DNA of 64,000 nucleotides from Wenzhouxiangellaceae bacterium (GTDB lineage Bacteria; Pseudomonadota; Gammaproteobacteria; Xanthomonadales; Wenzhouxiangellaceae): NCBI GenBank assembly GCA_032251475.1, contig JAVVDX010000001.1, positions 665 to 64,664 of the forward strand, read 5' to 3'. Shown piece by piece: positions 49,144 to 59,476 of this stretch (position 1 is its first letter; each line of letters starts with the position of its first letter). The notes under the pieces were generated by a model. It saw only the letters and a program-made list of their open reading frames with translations, ran no database searches and was not told where the DNA came from. The position numbers and the translations under genes were made by a program.

Positions 49144-51418
49144 GCGACAACTCCCCGCCGATCGTGACCTGCATGGCCTGGTAGCCGGCGGCCTTGAGGC
49201 CGGCCTCGATGCGCTGCGCCGCCCCTTCCTCCTCGGGGCACAGGGCGATGATCGAACCCCCGCCGCCGCCACCGGTCAGCTTGGCGCCCAGGGCGCCGTG
49301 GCGCCGCGCGATCTGGATCATCTCCTCGAGTTCCCAGCTCGAGACCTGCATTGCGTTGAGCAAGCCCTGGCAGACGTTCATCAGTTCGCCCAGCGTCGGC
49401 AGGTCGTGCTCGACCAGTGCATCGACGCCCTGCAGCACCAGCGAATCGATCTGGTCGAAGATGCGATTGTACAGCGACGGGTGCGCTTCCCGCGCCTTGC
49501 GCACCCGCGCCACGGTCGCCGCGGTCAGGCTCTCGATGCCGCTTATGCCCACGACCAGATCGACCGGATGCGGCAGTTCGATGACCTTGCGCAGCGGTTC
49601 GTCGCCGGAACGGAACAGCATCGTCTCGCCGAAGACCGAAAGCGTGTTGTCGATCCCGGAAGGCGTACCGTGCGCGATCTTCTCGCACTCGAACGCGAGC
49701 GCGTTGACCTGCTCGTCGTCCAGGCCCAGGTCGAAGCAGCGGTCCAGTGCGCGAATCGTCGCCACCGCGATTGCCGCCGAGCCGCCCAGGCCCATCGCGC
49801 GCGGAACGTTGGGGAAGATTTCCACGCGCATGCTCTCTTTTTCCAGCCCCAGCGTCTTGAAGATCAACGCCAGCGACTTCTCGAACGAATGCTGCTTCTC
49901 GGTGTTGCGGTGCAGCCGCTGTTCAACGCCCCAGCGCGGAATGATCAGTTCGACGCCGTCGCTGGCACGCTCGACATGGGCCTGGATTGCAAGCGGGATC
50001 GGCGTGGCGATCGCGTGCCGGCCGTAGACCACGGCGTGCTCGCCAAGCAGGATGATCTTGCCGTGACCTCCGGAGAACTTGCGCGGTTCTTCCCGGTCCG
50101 CGGATTCGGATTCGTCCTCGCCGGCCGCCTCGACCTCGGGCTGGCCGAGTTCGTCGATCAGCTCGCGCGCCTTCCAGACCTTGATCTCGCCGGACTCGAT
50201 CAGCCGGTCGACGACGGTCTCGAAGATTTCCGGCGCGGCGCCCGCGGCGGCAACGACGGTCCGGGCGTGCAGCGTCATGTGGCCCTGCTGGATGCCCTCG
50301 GTGACCAGCGCCCGCACGGCCGAGAAGTTCTGCGCCAGTCCGACCGCGCCCATGACCTCGGCCAGTTCGCGCGCGCTGCTGACGCCCAGCAGTCGCAGGT
50401 TCATGCCCACGGTCGGGTTCGACTGCAACGGCCCGCCGACGATGCCGACCTTGAGCGGAATCTCGAGCTGACCGACCAGCGAGCCGTCCTCGCCGACCGT
50501 CCACTGCGTCAGCGACGCGTAGTGCGAACCGCGCGCGGCCCAGGCGTGGGCACCCGCCTCGATCGCGCGCCAGTCATTGCCGGTGGCCAACGCCATCGCG
50601 TCGATGCCGTTCATGATGCCCTTGTTGTGGGTCGCGGCTCGGTACGGATCGATCGACGCGAACTCGTTGGCCAGCACGATGCCGTCGCGCACCTGTTCGC
50701 CGTCGAACCCCTTGCCGGCCAGCGCGTCGAGCGGGATCGACACATGCGCCTTGACCATCGCGCGGTCGGTCAGGTTCGAGAGAATGCGCAGGAACACCTT
50801 GCCCTCGGCGATGTTCTCGACCAGCGATGCGACACCCTCGCACATCGTGTTGACGAGGTTGGCACCCATCGCGTCGCGCGTGTCGACCATCAGGTGAACC
50901 ACGACCATGTCCCCGCCCTGGCCGGACGACGGATGGATGAGCACCTCGAGGTCCTTGGCTCCGCCGCCGCGGGCGACCATGTTCGGATGCAGGCTGTTAG
51001 CCAGGTTCAGGATCTCGCTCTTGCGCTGCAGGATCGCGGCCTTCGCGCGCTGCGGATGCGGTACGTCGACCACCTGGATCTGCCCGATCAGGATCGGCTC
51101 GGTGCTCTCCACCCGGAAGCCGCCGCCGGCGCGCGCGATCTTGGCCGCCGAACTCAGCGCGGCGACGATCGACGGTTCCTCGACGACCAGCGGCACGGCG
51201 TATTCCTTGCCGTTGATCAGGAAATTCAGTCCCAGGCCCACCGGCAGCCCCATCACGCCGATGACGTTTTCGATCATCTTGTCGGCCGACTGGATCGACA
51301 GCGTGTGCTCGCCGCTGACCAGGGCCTGATAGTCCTGGTTCGACAACAGGCCTTTCTTGCGCACCGCGCGCACGCGCTGCGATACCGACAGTTTGTAGAA
51401 CTCGGGAATCCGCGCCAC
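49136..51418 (-). CDS. class II HMG-CoA reductase fused to mevalonate kinase
   Basis: HMGR motifs ENVIG, EEPSIVAA, DAMGAN, HNKGIMNG, GHMTLH; MVK motifs GKIILLGEHAVVYG, GLGGSAA, HGTPSGID, GAKLTGGGGGG. Confidence 0.93.
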   Translation of the reverse strand: MARIPEFYKLSVSQRVRAVRKKGLLSNQDYQALVSGEHTLSIQSADKMIENVIGVMGLPVGLGLNFLINGKEYAVPLVVEEPSIVAALSSAAKIARAGGGFRVESTEPILIGQIQVVDVPHPQRAKAAILQRKSEILNLANSLHPNMVARGGGAKDLEVLIHPSSGQGGDMVVVHLMVDTRDAMGANLVNTMCEGVASLVENIAEGKVFLRILSNLTDRAMVKAHVSIPLDALAGKGFDGEQVRDGIVLANEFASIDPYRAATHNKGIMNGIDAMALATGNDWRAIEAGAHAWAARGSHYASLTQWTVGEDGSLVGQLEIPLKVGIVGGPLQSNPTVGMNLRLLGVSSARELAEVMGAVGLAQNFSAVRALVTEGIQQGHMTLHARTVVAAAGAAPEIFETVVDRLIESGEIKVWKARELIDELGQPEVEAAGEDESESADREEPRKFSGGHGKIILLGEHAVVYGRHAIATPIPLAIQAHVERASDGVELIIPRWGVEQRLHRNTEKQHSFEKSLALIFKTLGLEKESMRVEIFPNVPRAMGLGGSAAIAVATIRALDRCFDLGLDDEQVNALAFECEKIAHGTPSGIDNTLSVFGETMLFRSGDEPLRKVIELPHPVDLVVGISGIESLTAATVARVRKAREAHPSLYNRIFDQIDSLVLQGVDALVEHDLPTLGELMNVCQGLLNAMQVSSWELEEMIQIARRHGALGAKLTGGGGGGSIIALCPEEEGAAQRIEAGLKAAGYQAMQVTIGGELSHE

Positions 51419-51446
51419 GTTCGTTCCTCTGTTGTTGTTCGGTTTC

Positions 51447-52550
51447 CTATCCGTCACGCCGCGCCGGCCGGCTCCGCACGCCCGTCTCCGGCCGCGCACC
51501 GAATTCCGCCGCCTCCAAGTTTAACGGAACGCCGCCGGCACGCGAAACCACGTCCGAAAATCGGTCCAGCGGCGCCGAATCCATCGCAAATGCGATGCCA
51601 AGGTCGCCGCCGCCGGCTCCGCAGCTCTTGTAGACGGCGCCGCACTCGGTCGCGAGCGCGGCGAGGCGCCGGTGGCGCTCGGTCATCACGTCGATCCCGA
51701 TCGCATCGCCCAGCTCGATCAGCAGTTGCGAGTATTCGCTCGCGGCCTTCATCAGATCCGGCGCACCGCAGCCGCGACCCGCGCAGTCGACAGCATCGCC
51801 GGCGGCCGCCCGCATGCGTTCGACGATGGCGCCGGAATCGGCGCCGCTGCGGCGCCATCGCCGATAGGCGTCGACGAAATCGGTGGTCTGGGCTGAATGA
51901 CCGGTCCAGACCGCCCGCCATTGCAGATCGTCCGGCAGCTCGAGGCGGCGCACGGACGGCGGATCGCCGCTGCGGTACTCGATCAGGCCGCCGAACAGCG
52001 CCGCGGCCAGATCCGCCCCGCTGGCGTCCGAGCCGAGCGCGGTGCGGTACAGCGGCAGCCACGCCGCCAGCCGCCCGCCCGGATCAGGTTCGAGATCCGA
52101 CCCGCCTCGGCCGGTCGAGAACAGTTCGGCCACGGCCGTGGCCAGTGCGGCGCAGACGGCGGCGCTGGACCCCAGCCCGAGCTTGGTCGGCCGGCCGTCT
52201 GCGCCGGCTCGGAATAATTCGCCCGAATCGATCGCCACCCGCAGTCGCGCCGAATCGCCGGGCGGCCGGCCCAGTTCCCGGACGACGCGCGGCAGGAAGC
52301 GGCCGGTCATGCCCAGCGGTTCGCGGCCGGCCGGGTCGCAAAGTGCCATGCGGTTTTCGTCGAACGCCAGCTCCAGGCCCTCGACCCCGAGCTGGGGCGC
52401 ATCGACCGTGGCGCGATCGGCATCAAGCCATTCGACCTCGGCGCGCACGCGCCGGTCGACCGCGAGCACCAGCGCCGGCGCGCCGTCGAGCACGGCGTAT
52501 TCGCCGATCAGCAGCAGCTTGCCCGGGGCACTGGCGGCTGCAATCGCCAT
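51447..52550 (-). CDS. phosphomevalonate kinase (GHMP family)
   Basis: APGKLLLIGEYAVL, KLGLGSSAA, SGAD, GAGGGD; gene context. Confidence 0.85.
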   Translation of the reverse strand: MAIAAASAPGKLLLIGEYAVLDGAPALVLAVDRRVRAEVEWLDADRATVDAPQLGVEGLELAFDENRMALCDPAGREPLGMTGRFLPRVVRELGRPPGDSARLRVAIDSGELFRAGADGRPTKLGLGSSAAVCAALATAVAELFSTGRGGSDLEPDPGGRLAAWLPLYRTALGSDASGADLAAALFGGLIEYRSGDPPSVRRLELPDDLQWRAVWTGHSAQTTDFVDAYRRWRRSGADSGAIVERMRAAAGDAVDCAGRGCGAPDLMKAASEYSQLLIELGDAIGIDVMTERHRRLAALATECGAVYKSCGAGGGDLGIAFAMDSAPLDRFSDVVSRAGGVPLNLEAAEFGARPETGVRSRPARRDG

Positions 52551-52554
52551 TGGT

Positions 52555-53577
52555 TCAGGCGGCCCGGTCCGGCACCGGACCGGGCTCGATGCACTGCGCC
52601 CCGTCGCCCAGCGTCGAGCGAACGATATCGCGCACGCCCGGCACATCGGCCAGCGCGTCGGCCACCGGGCCGGCCGCTTCGCGCAGGCAGACGGCCTTTA
52701 CCTGCGGCCCGGCATCGACGGTAAAGAACACGCCCAGACCGTCCGCGCGCAGTTGGCGCACCCGGTGCAGGCATTCGATCGTCGTGGCGTTGAAATACAG
52801 CAATCCCGGCCGCGCCGACATCGCCAGCCCGTGCATCGCGAGCGCGCTGGCCTCGGAAACCTGCGCAAGCGCCTCGAAATCGCGCTCGGCGATCGCCCGC
52901 CGGGCCGTTGCCAGGTCGGCCGGCTGGTTCGCCACCCAGGCGGGGTAGAACGGCGAGGTCCGGGCGGTCAATTCCATGCCGTCGGTGGAGCCGATCGGCT
53001 TGCGCGAGCGGTCGCTGACCGCGATGACGACTTCCAGCGGCCAGTGCCCGCGCGGTGCCAGTTCGCACGCAATCGCATCGCTGCCGTCGGAACGCTCTCC
53101 TCGCGCCATTTCGACAAACCCGCCGAAGATCGAGCGGGCCGCCGAACCGGAACCGATCCGGGCCAGTTCCGAACGCTTTCCGGGCGCCAGACCGAGCGCC
53201 CAGGCACGATCGGCGGCCGTGACCAGCGCCGCAAAGCCCGACGCCGACGATGCCAGCCCGGCGCCGGTGGGGAAGTTGTTGCGGCTGGTCACGCGCGCCT
53301 GCAGCGCCGACCCGGCCAGCGCGCGCATCCGGTCCAGCAGCCTGCTCACGCGTAAGGCACCTTCGGCCTCCGGCGCGTCATTGAGGATGAATTCGTCATC
53401 GCTGAGCGCCGGGTCCGGCTCGACGCGCGTCTCGGTCCACAGTGAATCGAGCGTGATCGAGATCGAACCCACGTCCGGCAGGTTCAGCGCACGGTCCCGC
53501 TTGCCCCAGTACTTGACCAGCGCGAAATTCGCGCGCGCAACGGCGGTGGCCGCGCCGGGTCCGGTTTCGTCATTCAT
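52555..53577 (-). CDS. mvaD: diphosphomevalonate decarboxylase
   Basis: NFALVKYWGK, GLASSASG, GSGSAARS, TVDAGP. Confidence 0.94.
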   Translation of the reverse strand: MNDETGPGAATAVARANFALVKYWGKRDRALNLPDVGSISITLDSLWTETRVEPDPALSDDEFILNDAPEAEGALRVSRLLDRMRALAGSALQARVTSRNNFPTGAGLASSASGFAALVTAADRAWALGLAPGKRSELARIGSGSAARSIFGGFVEMARGERSDGSDAIACELAPRGHWPLEVVIAVSDRSRKPIGSTDGMELTARTSPFYPAWVANQPADLATARRAIAERDFEALAQVSEASALAMHGLAMSARPGLLYFNATTIECLHRVRQLRADGLGVFFTVDAGPQVKAVCLREAAGPVADALADVPGVRDIVRSTLGDGAQCIEPGPVPDRAA

Positions 53578-53619
53578 TATCGGAAAGAATTTTCAGGATG
53601 CGATGGCCAGGGCGATGGG

Positions 53620-54351
53620 TCACGGCAGCCGGGCCCCGCCGGTCGAGGTGCCGGCCGGGAACACAATCCGGCGGGCGCATTCGTGCAGCGTCCGGTCGGC
53701 CTTCGAGGCGGCGCGTCCGAGCGCCCACAATCCGTAGATCTGGGGCCCGAGCCGGTGCGGATATTTTACCAGCGTGCCCAGCAGCGCAAGCAGGTCCACG
53801 CGCGGGCCGTTCAGCGCCGCGACCGCGGCCGGCGGCACGGCGCGGCCGGCCTCGTCGACGACCACGCGCAGCACGGCGAACGGCAGGCCGGTCTCGACGG
53901 CCGCGGCCGCCACGCCGGCGCTTTCCATGTCGACGGCGAGCGCCCCCGTATCGCGGCCCAGCCGCACCTTTTCAGCGACCGTCGCGACCGGTGCATCCAC
54001 CGACACCAGCAAACCGGCATGCAGCGGGGCAACGCCCGCCAGCCGTTCGCGCAGGTCCGAGGTCAGTTCACGGTCGGTCGCAATTCGCCGCTCCCGGGGA
54101 CCGAGCACGGCTTCGGCAATGACGATGTCGCCGGCGCGGGCCGCGCCCAGCGCACCGGCCGTACCCCAGCTGATCAACGATCGGGCGCCGCGCTCCACCA
54201 ACCTCCGCGCGCCGGCCTCGGCCGCGGCCAGACCGGGACCGGGTACCTCGAGCAGGACGGCGCCGGCGTCGGTCGCGGTGCGCCGCAGCGCGACAGCTTC
54301 CCGATCGAGCGCGGCGACGATGCCTATCGGTCCGCGGATGGGTGGCGCCAT
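53620..54351 (-). CDS. hpnG: hopanoid-associated phosphorylase (HpnG-like)
   Basis: LISWGTAGAL, AVDMESA, LRVVVD; directly after shc. Confidence 0.8.
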   Translation of the reverse strand: MAPPIRGPIGIVAALDREAVALRRTATDAGAVLLEVPGPGLAAAEAGARRLVERGARSLISWGTAGALGAARAGDIVIAEAVLGPRERRIATDRELTSDLRERLAGVAPLHAGLLVSVDAPVATVAEKVRLGRDTGALAVDMESAGVAAAAVETGLPFAVLRVVVDEAGRAVPPAAVAALNGPRVDLLALLGTLVKYPHRLGPQIYGLWALGRAASKADRTLHECARRIVFPAGTSTGGARLP

Positions 54352-56282
54352 GCATCGCGCGCCGCGGCCAGCGCCCACAGCGGAAAGAAGTGCGAGTAGC
54401 CGTGGTATTTCAGGTAGAACACGCGCGGGAATCCGGGCGCGGTGAACCACGGATCGGGCCAGTGACCGGCGTCGGACTGGGTCCGGACCAGGTAATCGAC
54501 GCCGCGCTGCACCGCTTCGCCGTCGGCGCGGCCGACCGCGATCAGCCCCAGCAGCGCCCAGCCGGTCTGGAACGCGCGCGAGCAGCGCGCCTGCCCCGCG
54601 AATTCGGGGTCGTGGTAGGTCTGGTTGCTCTCGCCCCAACCGCCGTCGTCGTTCTGGCGTCTCTCCAGCCACGCGGCGGCCCGGTCGATCGCTTCGCAGT
54701 TGCGCTCGACACCGTCGGCGGCCAGCGCCACCAGCACCGACCAGGTGCCGTAGATGTAGTTCGTGCCCCAGCGGCCGAACCACGAGCCGTCCGGCTCCTG
54801 CTCGGCGTACAGATAGTCGCGCACCCGATTACGCGCGTTCTCGAATCGCGGGTCGTCGAGCAGCGCGAACAGCGTCAGGCAGCGCGCCGAGACGTCGGCG
54901 GTCGGCGGATCGAGCAGCGCGCCGTGGTCGGCGAATGGAATCTCGTTGAGGTACTCGCTGTTGTTGTCGACGTCGAACGCGCCGAAACCGCCGTTGCTGC
55001 TCTGCATGCCGGCCAGCCAGACCGTCGCCCGCTCGATCGTATCCCGGTACCGCTCGGGATCGTGCTGCACCATCGCCCAGGCGACCATTGCGGTGTCGTC
55101 CAGGTCCGGGTAATAGGCGTTGTTGTACTGGAACGCCCAGCCGCCGCCGGGCAGCTCGGGGCGGCTGCGCTGCCAGTCGCCGGGCTCGTCGCGCAACTGG
55201 CACCCGGTCAGCCAGTCCAGGCCGCGCGCCGCCGCCTCGCGCGCGCGCGCCTCGCCGGTCGTATCCAGAGCCAGCGCACACAGCCCGGTGTCCCAGACCG
55301 GCGAGACACATGGCTGGCAATAAACCTGTTCGCCGCGCTCGACCAGCAGCCGGTCGATCGCCTCGCGCGTCTGCCGGCGCAGCGGATGCTCGTCGGAGTA
55401 GCCGAGCTCCTTCAGTGCGATCGACGCGTTGACCATCGCCGGGAAGATCGCGCCCAGGCCGTCGAGCCCGTTGAGCCTCTCGATGAACCACGACTCGGCG
55501 CGCTTCATTGCACGCTTGCGCAACCCGGCCGGCATCAGCCGTTCGGTCCGGCGTCCCAGCCCCTCGAGCCACAGGAAGACGTGGTTGAGCTTCGAACGGA
55601 CCTCGAACCAGCGGGTGATCCGGTCGGGCGGCGTCGCGAAGCATTCGGGAATACCGGTGCCGGTCGGGTTGGCGGCGCGCGCACGCAGCGTGTAGAGGAT
55701 GAAAAGCGGCACCATCACCGTGCGCGACCAGTACGACACCCGGTCCAGCGAGAAGAAGAACCGGCGCGGCAGCAGCATGATCTCGACCGGCATGTACGGC
55801 ACTGCGCGCCACGGTACCTGACCGAACCAGGCGAGCAGGATGCGCGTGAAAACATTGGTGCGCTCTGCACCTCCGTGCGCCAGGATCCATTCGCGCGCCC
55901 GGCGCATCGGCTCGTCGTCCGGGTCGGTGCCGGCCAGCTTCAGCGCGTAATAGCCCTTGACCGTGCACGACAGGTCGCCGTCGCCGTCGTGGAACAGCGG
56001 CCACGAACCATCCGCCTGCTGGTTGGCGAGCAGGTAGCGCGCGATCCGCGACTCCAGCGCCGGGTCGCGTTCGTCCATGTAATGCAGATAGCAGATGTAC
56101 TCGGCCGGAATCGTGCAGTCGGCTTCGAGCTCGTAGATCCAGTGGCCGTCGGCCTGCTGGTCCTCGAGCAATCGCCCGATCCCCGAGGCGATCGCGCGGT
56201 CGAGTGCAGCCGGCCCGGTTTCGGGGCCTTCGGCGGCTTGCTCAGGCGCGAGTCTTCCGCGCTCCTGAACGACGCTGTTCAT
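54324..56282 (-). CDS. shc: squalene-hopene cyclase
   Basis: YPDLDDTA (DXDD), QW repeats, GRWGTNY, GFPRVFYLKY. Confidence 0.97.
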   Translation of the reverse strand: MNSVVQERGRLAPEQAAEGPETGPAALDRAIASGIGRLLEDQQADGHWIYELEADCTIPAEYICYLHYMDERDPALESRIARYLLANQQADGSWPLFHDGDGDLSCTVKGYYALKLAGTDPDDEPMRRAREWILAHGGAERTNVFTRILLAWFGQVPWRAVPYMPVEIMLLPRRFFFSLDRVSYWSRTVMVPLFILYTLRARAANPTGTGIPECFATPPDRITRWFEVRSKLNHVFLWLEGLGRRTERLMPAGLRKRAMKRAESWFIERLNGLDGLGAIFPAMVNASIALKELGYSDEHPLRRQTREAIDRLLVERGEQVYCQPCVSPVWDTGLCALALDTTGEARAREAAARGLDWLTGCQLRDEPGDWQRSRPELPGGGWAFQYNNAYYPDLDDTAMVAWAMVQHDPERYRDTIERATVWLAGMQSSNGGFGAFDVDNNSEYLNEIPFADHGALLDPPTADVSARCLTLFALLDDPRFENARNRVRDYLYAEQEPDGSWFGRWGTNYIYGTWSVLVALAADGVERNCEAIDRAAAWLERRQNDDGGWGESNQTYHDPEFAGQARCSRAFQTGWALLGLIAVGRADGEAVQRGVDYLVRTQSDAGHWPDPWFTAPGFPRVFYLKYHGYSHFFPLWALAAARDAWRHPSADR

Positions 56283-56301
56283 GGTTCGGATGCCCCTTTT
56301 G

Positions 56302-57447
56302 TCAGGTGACGGTAACGGAACGTTGCTTGGATTCGCCGGGTACTTCGGCCAGATTCATTCCGGCGCGCCGCGAGATTTCATCGAGGCGATCGCCGACGCG
56401 CGGGTCCGACTCGGGCAGGCCGCGCGAGGCGCGCGCGAACAGCCAGCACACGATCGCGTCGTTGCCCGCGAACAGACCATAGCGGCGAACGATCCGGCGC
56501 ACGTCGCGCCGCGTGATCTTGACCTCGTCGCCGGAACGGAACTCGCTGTTGCGGTAGATGTTGCGAAGCGTCGGCACCGCCATGCCCAGCGCCCAGAGAC
56601 AGAAGCGCCGGATACCCCTGAACTCGCCGGGAATCAGCAGCGTGTACTCCAGCGCGTTGCGCAAGTGGCCATGGGCGATCACGACCAGCCGTTCGAGCCC
56701 GGCACCGAACGCTTCCCGGTCCAGGCTGGCGACGAGGTCGTCGGCACCGCCGTCGCGCTGGCCGAATTCATGCCGCGGCAGCCAGCAGATGCCGCGTTCG
56801 CGGTCGTCCCAGATGTCCTTGAGGATGTTGGTCATCTGCAGCCCCTGGCCGAACGACGGCGCCAGCCGCATCAATTCGTCGCGGTTGCGTTCGATCGCCG
56901 GCGAATGATCACAAAAAAGTTCGGTGAGCATCTCGCCGACGACGCCGGCCACGTAATAGCAGTATTCGTCCATTTCGCGCATCGTCGCCAGGCCCTGGCG
57001 CCCCGCGCCCTGCTGGAAGCGGTGCATTCCGGCGCTCATCAGCCGCACGCAGCGGATCAGGGCCGTGCGCTGCGCCGGGCTGAAGCTCTGCGTGATGCGC
57101 ACGACCTCGCCGGTACGGGCGACGAGTTCGCGCTCGGCGTCCAGCGTCGTCGGACCGAGCCGGTCGGCCAGCGACGCGGAAAACGCCTCCGGCCGCACGT
57201 CGCCGTCGAGCACGGCGACGAAACGGGCAGCAAAGTCCCTTTTCTGCGACAGGTCCAGGGCCGCGTCGTCCTCGATCGTGTCGGCGATGCGGCAAAGCAG
57301 ATAGGCATTCGTGACCGGGATGCGCAGCGGCTCCGGAAGTGAAGGGATGGTCAGTGCGAACGTGCGCGAAACGCCGCCGAGAATCGCAGCCTGGAATTCG
57401 AGGGCCGGCGCCAACGCCGGCTCGTCAACCTGATCCATTCGATTCAT
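56302..57447 (-). CDS. single-enzyme squalene synthase (FDFT1-like)
   Basis: VSRTFA, CRIADTIEDD, YCYYVAGVVG, GLQMTNILKD; upstream of shc. Confidence 0.85.
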   Translation of the reverse strand: MNRMDQVDEPALAPALEFQAAILGGVSRTFALTIPSLPEPLRIPVTNAYLLCRIADTIEDDAALDLSQKRDFAARFVAVLDGDVRPEAFSASLADRLGPTTLDAERELVARTGEVVRITQSFSPAQRTALIRCVRLMSAGMHRFQQGAGRQGLATMREMDEYCYYVAGVVGEMLTELFCDHSPAIERNRDELMRLAPSFGQGLQMTNILKDIWDDRERGICWLPRHEFGQRDGGADDLVASLDREAFGAGLERLVVIAHGHLRNALEYTLLIPGEFRGIRRFCLWALGMAVPTLRNIYRNSEFRSGDEVKITRRDVRRIVRRYGLFAGNDAIVCWLFARASRGLPESDPRVGDRLDEISRRAGMNLAEVPGESKQRSVTVT

Positions 57448-57722
57448 GGTCGGCTCCTCGCATCTCCCTTTGGCGAAATTATAGTCCGAACCCTCCCGTT
57501 CCATCAGCCGGCCGGTACGGCGACCGCCGCCGCATCGATCCCTGCCGGCAACCGGATCTGGGTCCGGAGTGCCTCTTGTCGTCTGTCACTCTGACCGGAC
57601 CCCGGTGCCTATGCTTTCAGCGCCGGCGACCGGCAGCAGCGCCGCGCTGCGGACCGGGCAGCGGAGATGGCGGGTAGAATGTAGCCTTTGCAAGAGCCGT
57701 TCGAAGACCTCACTTGCCGGCA

Positions 57723-58604
57723 ATGACCTTCAGCGAAACCATCGATCCCCTGGTCCGGCGCGTCGAATCGACGCTGGACCTGTGGCTGCCGGACGAAACC
57801 GAGACGCCGGCCCATCTTCACCGGGCCATGCGCTACGCCGTATTCAACGGCGGCAAGCGCATCCGTCCGCTGCTGGTCTACGCGGCCGCCGTGGCGCTGG
57901 ACCGGGAAAGTGACGAGGTCGACGTCCGGATCGATGCAATGGCCGCCGCGGTCGAGCTCATCCACTGCTACTCGCTGGTCCACGACGACCTGCCGGCGAT
58001 GGACGACGACGACCTGCGGCGCGGACAACCGACGGTGCACGTGGCGTTCGACGAGGCGACCGCGATCCTGGCCGGCGACGCGCTGCTGACGCTGGCCTTC
58101 AATGGAATGGCGCGGACCGGCGTCCCCGGCGAAGCGATCGCCGTGCTGGCCGGTGCGGCCGGTTCGCGCGGCATGGTCGGCGGCCAGGCCATGGATCTTG
58201 CGTTCGAGGCCACGCGCCCGTCGCGCGAGATGCTCGAGACGATGTTCCGCAAGAAGACCGGAGCACTGATCCGGGCCGCGGTCGAGATGCCGGCGGCCGG
58301 CTCGCTCCCGACCGGCGACCCGACCCGGGCGGCGCTGGTCGAATACGCCGGCGCGATCGGGCTGGCGTTCCAGATCGTCGACGACCTGCTCGACATCGAG
58401 GGCTCGACCGAGGAAATCGGCAAGCCGGCCGGCTCGGACAGTGTCCGCGGCAAGGCCACTTGGCCCGCACTGTTCGGCGTCGGCCGGGCGCGGCGCGACG
58501 CCGAGGCCGTGATCGAAACGGCCTGGGCCGCGCTTGCGCGGCTGCCCGGCGACACGTCCGGCCTGCGCTGGCTCGGAGAGCGCATCGTCCGACGCCGGTC
58601 GTGA
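57723..58604 (+). CDS. ispA: farnesyl diphosphate synthase
   Basis: GGKRIRP, HDDLPAMDDDDLRRG, KTG, FQIVDDLLD. Confidence 0.92.
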   Translation: MTFSETIDPLVRRVESTLDLWLPDETETPAHLHRAMRYAVFNGGKRIRPLLVYAAAVALDRESDEVDVRIDAMAAAVELIHCYSLVHDDLPAMDDDDLRRGQPTVHVAFDEATAILAGDALLTLAFNGMARTGVPGEAIAVLAGAAGSRGMVGGQAMDLAFEATRPSREMLETMFRKKTGALIRAAVEMPAAGSLPTGDPTRAALVEYAGAIGLAFQIVDDLLDIEGSTEEIGKPAGSDSVRGKATWPALFGVGRARRDAEAVIETAWAALARLPGDTSGLRWLGERIVRRRS

Positions 58605-58726
58605 TCGGCCCCGCGCCGGCGGCGCGGATTTTCACGAAAACCTGACGCCGCGTTCATCTTTCGTCGACATCCAGGCCCTAGACTCCTTCACAAATGTGAA
58701 TGCCCCCGGGAGCCCGGAGAACCCTG

Positions 58727-59428
58727 ATGACCGAAGACACCACCAACGCCACGGTCCTGCTGGTCGAGGACCACGACGACCTCGCCGCGACCATCGGCGC
58801 ATACCTCGAATCGTGCGGCTACGCGATGGATTACGCCGCCGACGGCTACATCGCGCTGAACCTGCTGGACGACAACCTCTACGACGTCATCATCCTCGAC
58901 CTGATGCTGCCCAAGGTCGACGGCATGAAGGTCTGCCGCAAGCTGCGGGACCGCGGCGATTCGACGCCGATCCTGATGCTGACCGCGCGCGACCGGCTCG
59001 ACGACAAGCTCGAGGGCTTCGACGTCGGCGCCGACGACTACATGGTCAAGCCGTTCGAGATGGAAGAGCTTTCGGCCCGCATCAGCGCCCTGCTCCGGCG
59101 CGCCCGCGGAGAGGTCTCCGACGGCGCTATCCGGGTCGGCGACCTGCTGTTCGACCCGCGCACGATGCGCGTCGAGCGCGCCGGCCAGCGCCTGAACCTG
59201 TCACCGACGTCGATCCGGATCCTGCGCATCCTGATGCGCGAATCGCCACGCCTGGTCTCGCGCGAACAGATCGAGAACGAACTGTGGGGCGACATGCTGC
59301 CCGACTCGGACACGCTCAGAAGCCACATGTACAACCTGCGCAAGGGCATCGACCGCCCGTTCGAGACCAAGCTGCTGCATACCGTGCAGGGAATGGGGTT
59401 CAAGCTCGCGACGCCCGAGGAAGCCTGA
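58727..59428 (+). CDS. OmpR-family response regulator (ColR-like)
   Basis: LVED, LDLMLP, LTARD, KPF, winged helix DTLRSHMYNLRK. Confidence 0.92.
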   Translation: MTEDTTNATVLLVEDHDDLAATIGAYLESCGYAMDYAADGYIALNLLDDNLYDVIILDLMLPKVDGMKVCRKLRDRGDSTPILMLTARDRLDDKLEGFDVGADDYMVKPFEMEELSARISALLRRARGEVSDGAIRVGDLLFDPRTMRVERAGQRLNLSPTSIRILRILMRESPRLVSREQIENELWGDMLPDSDTLRSHMYNLRKGIDRPFETKLLHTVQGMGFKLATPEEA

Positions 59429-59476
59429 AAATTCGTTGCAAGGACCTCCGGGAGCGTCCAGCGGTACCCGAAGCAC

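Noticed and set aside
49073-52948. 1291-aa plus-strand ORF (likewise 2583-4610, 11342-14029, 35328-38066, 39232-41697, 54342-56309)
   Set aside because: Antisense to well-supported genes; no recognisable domains
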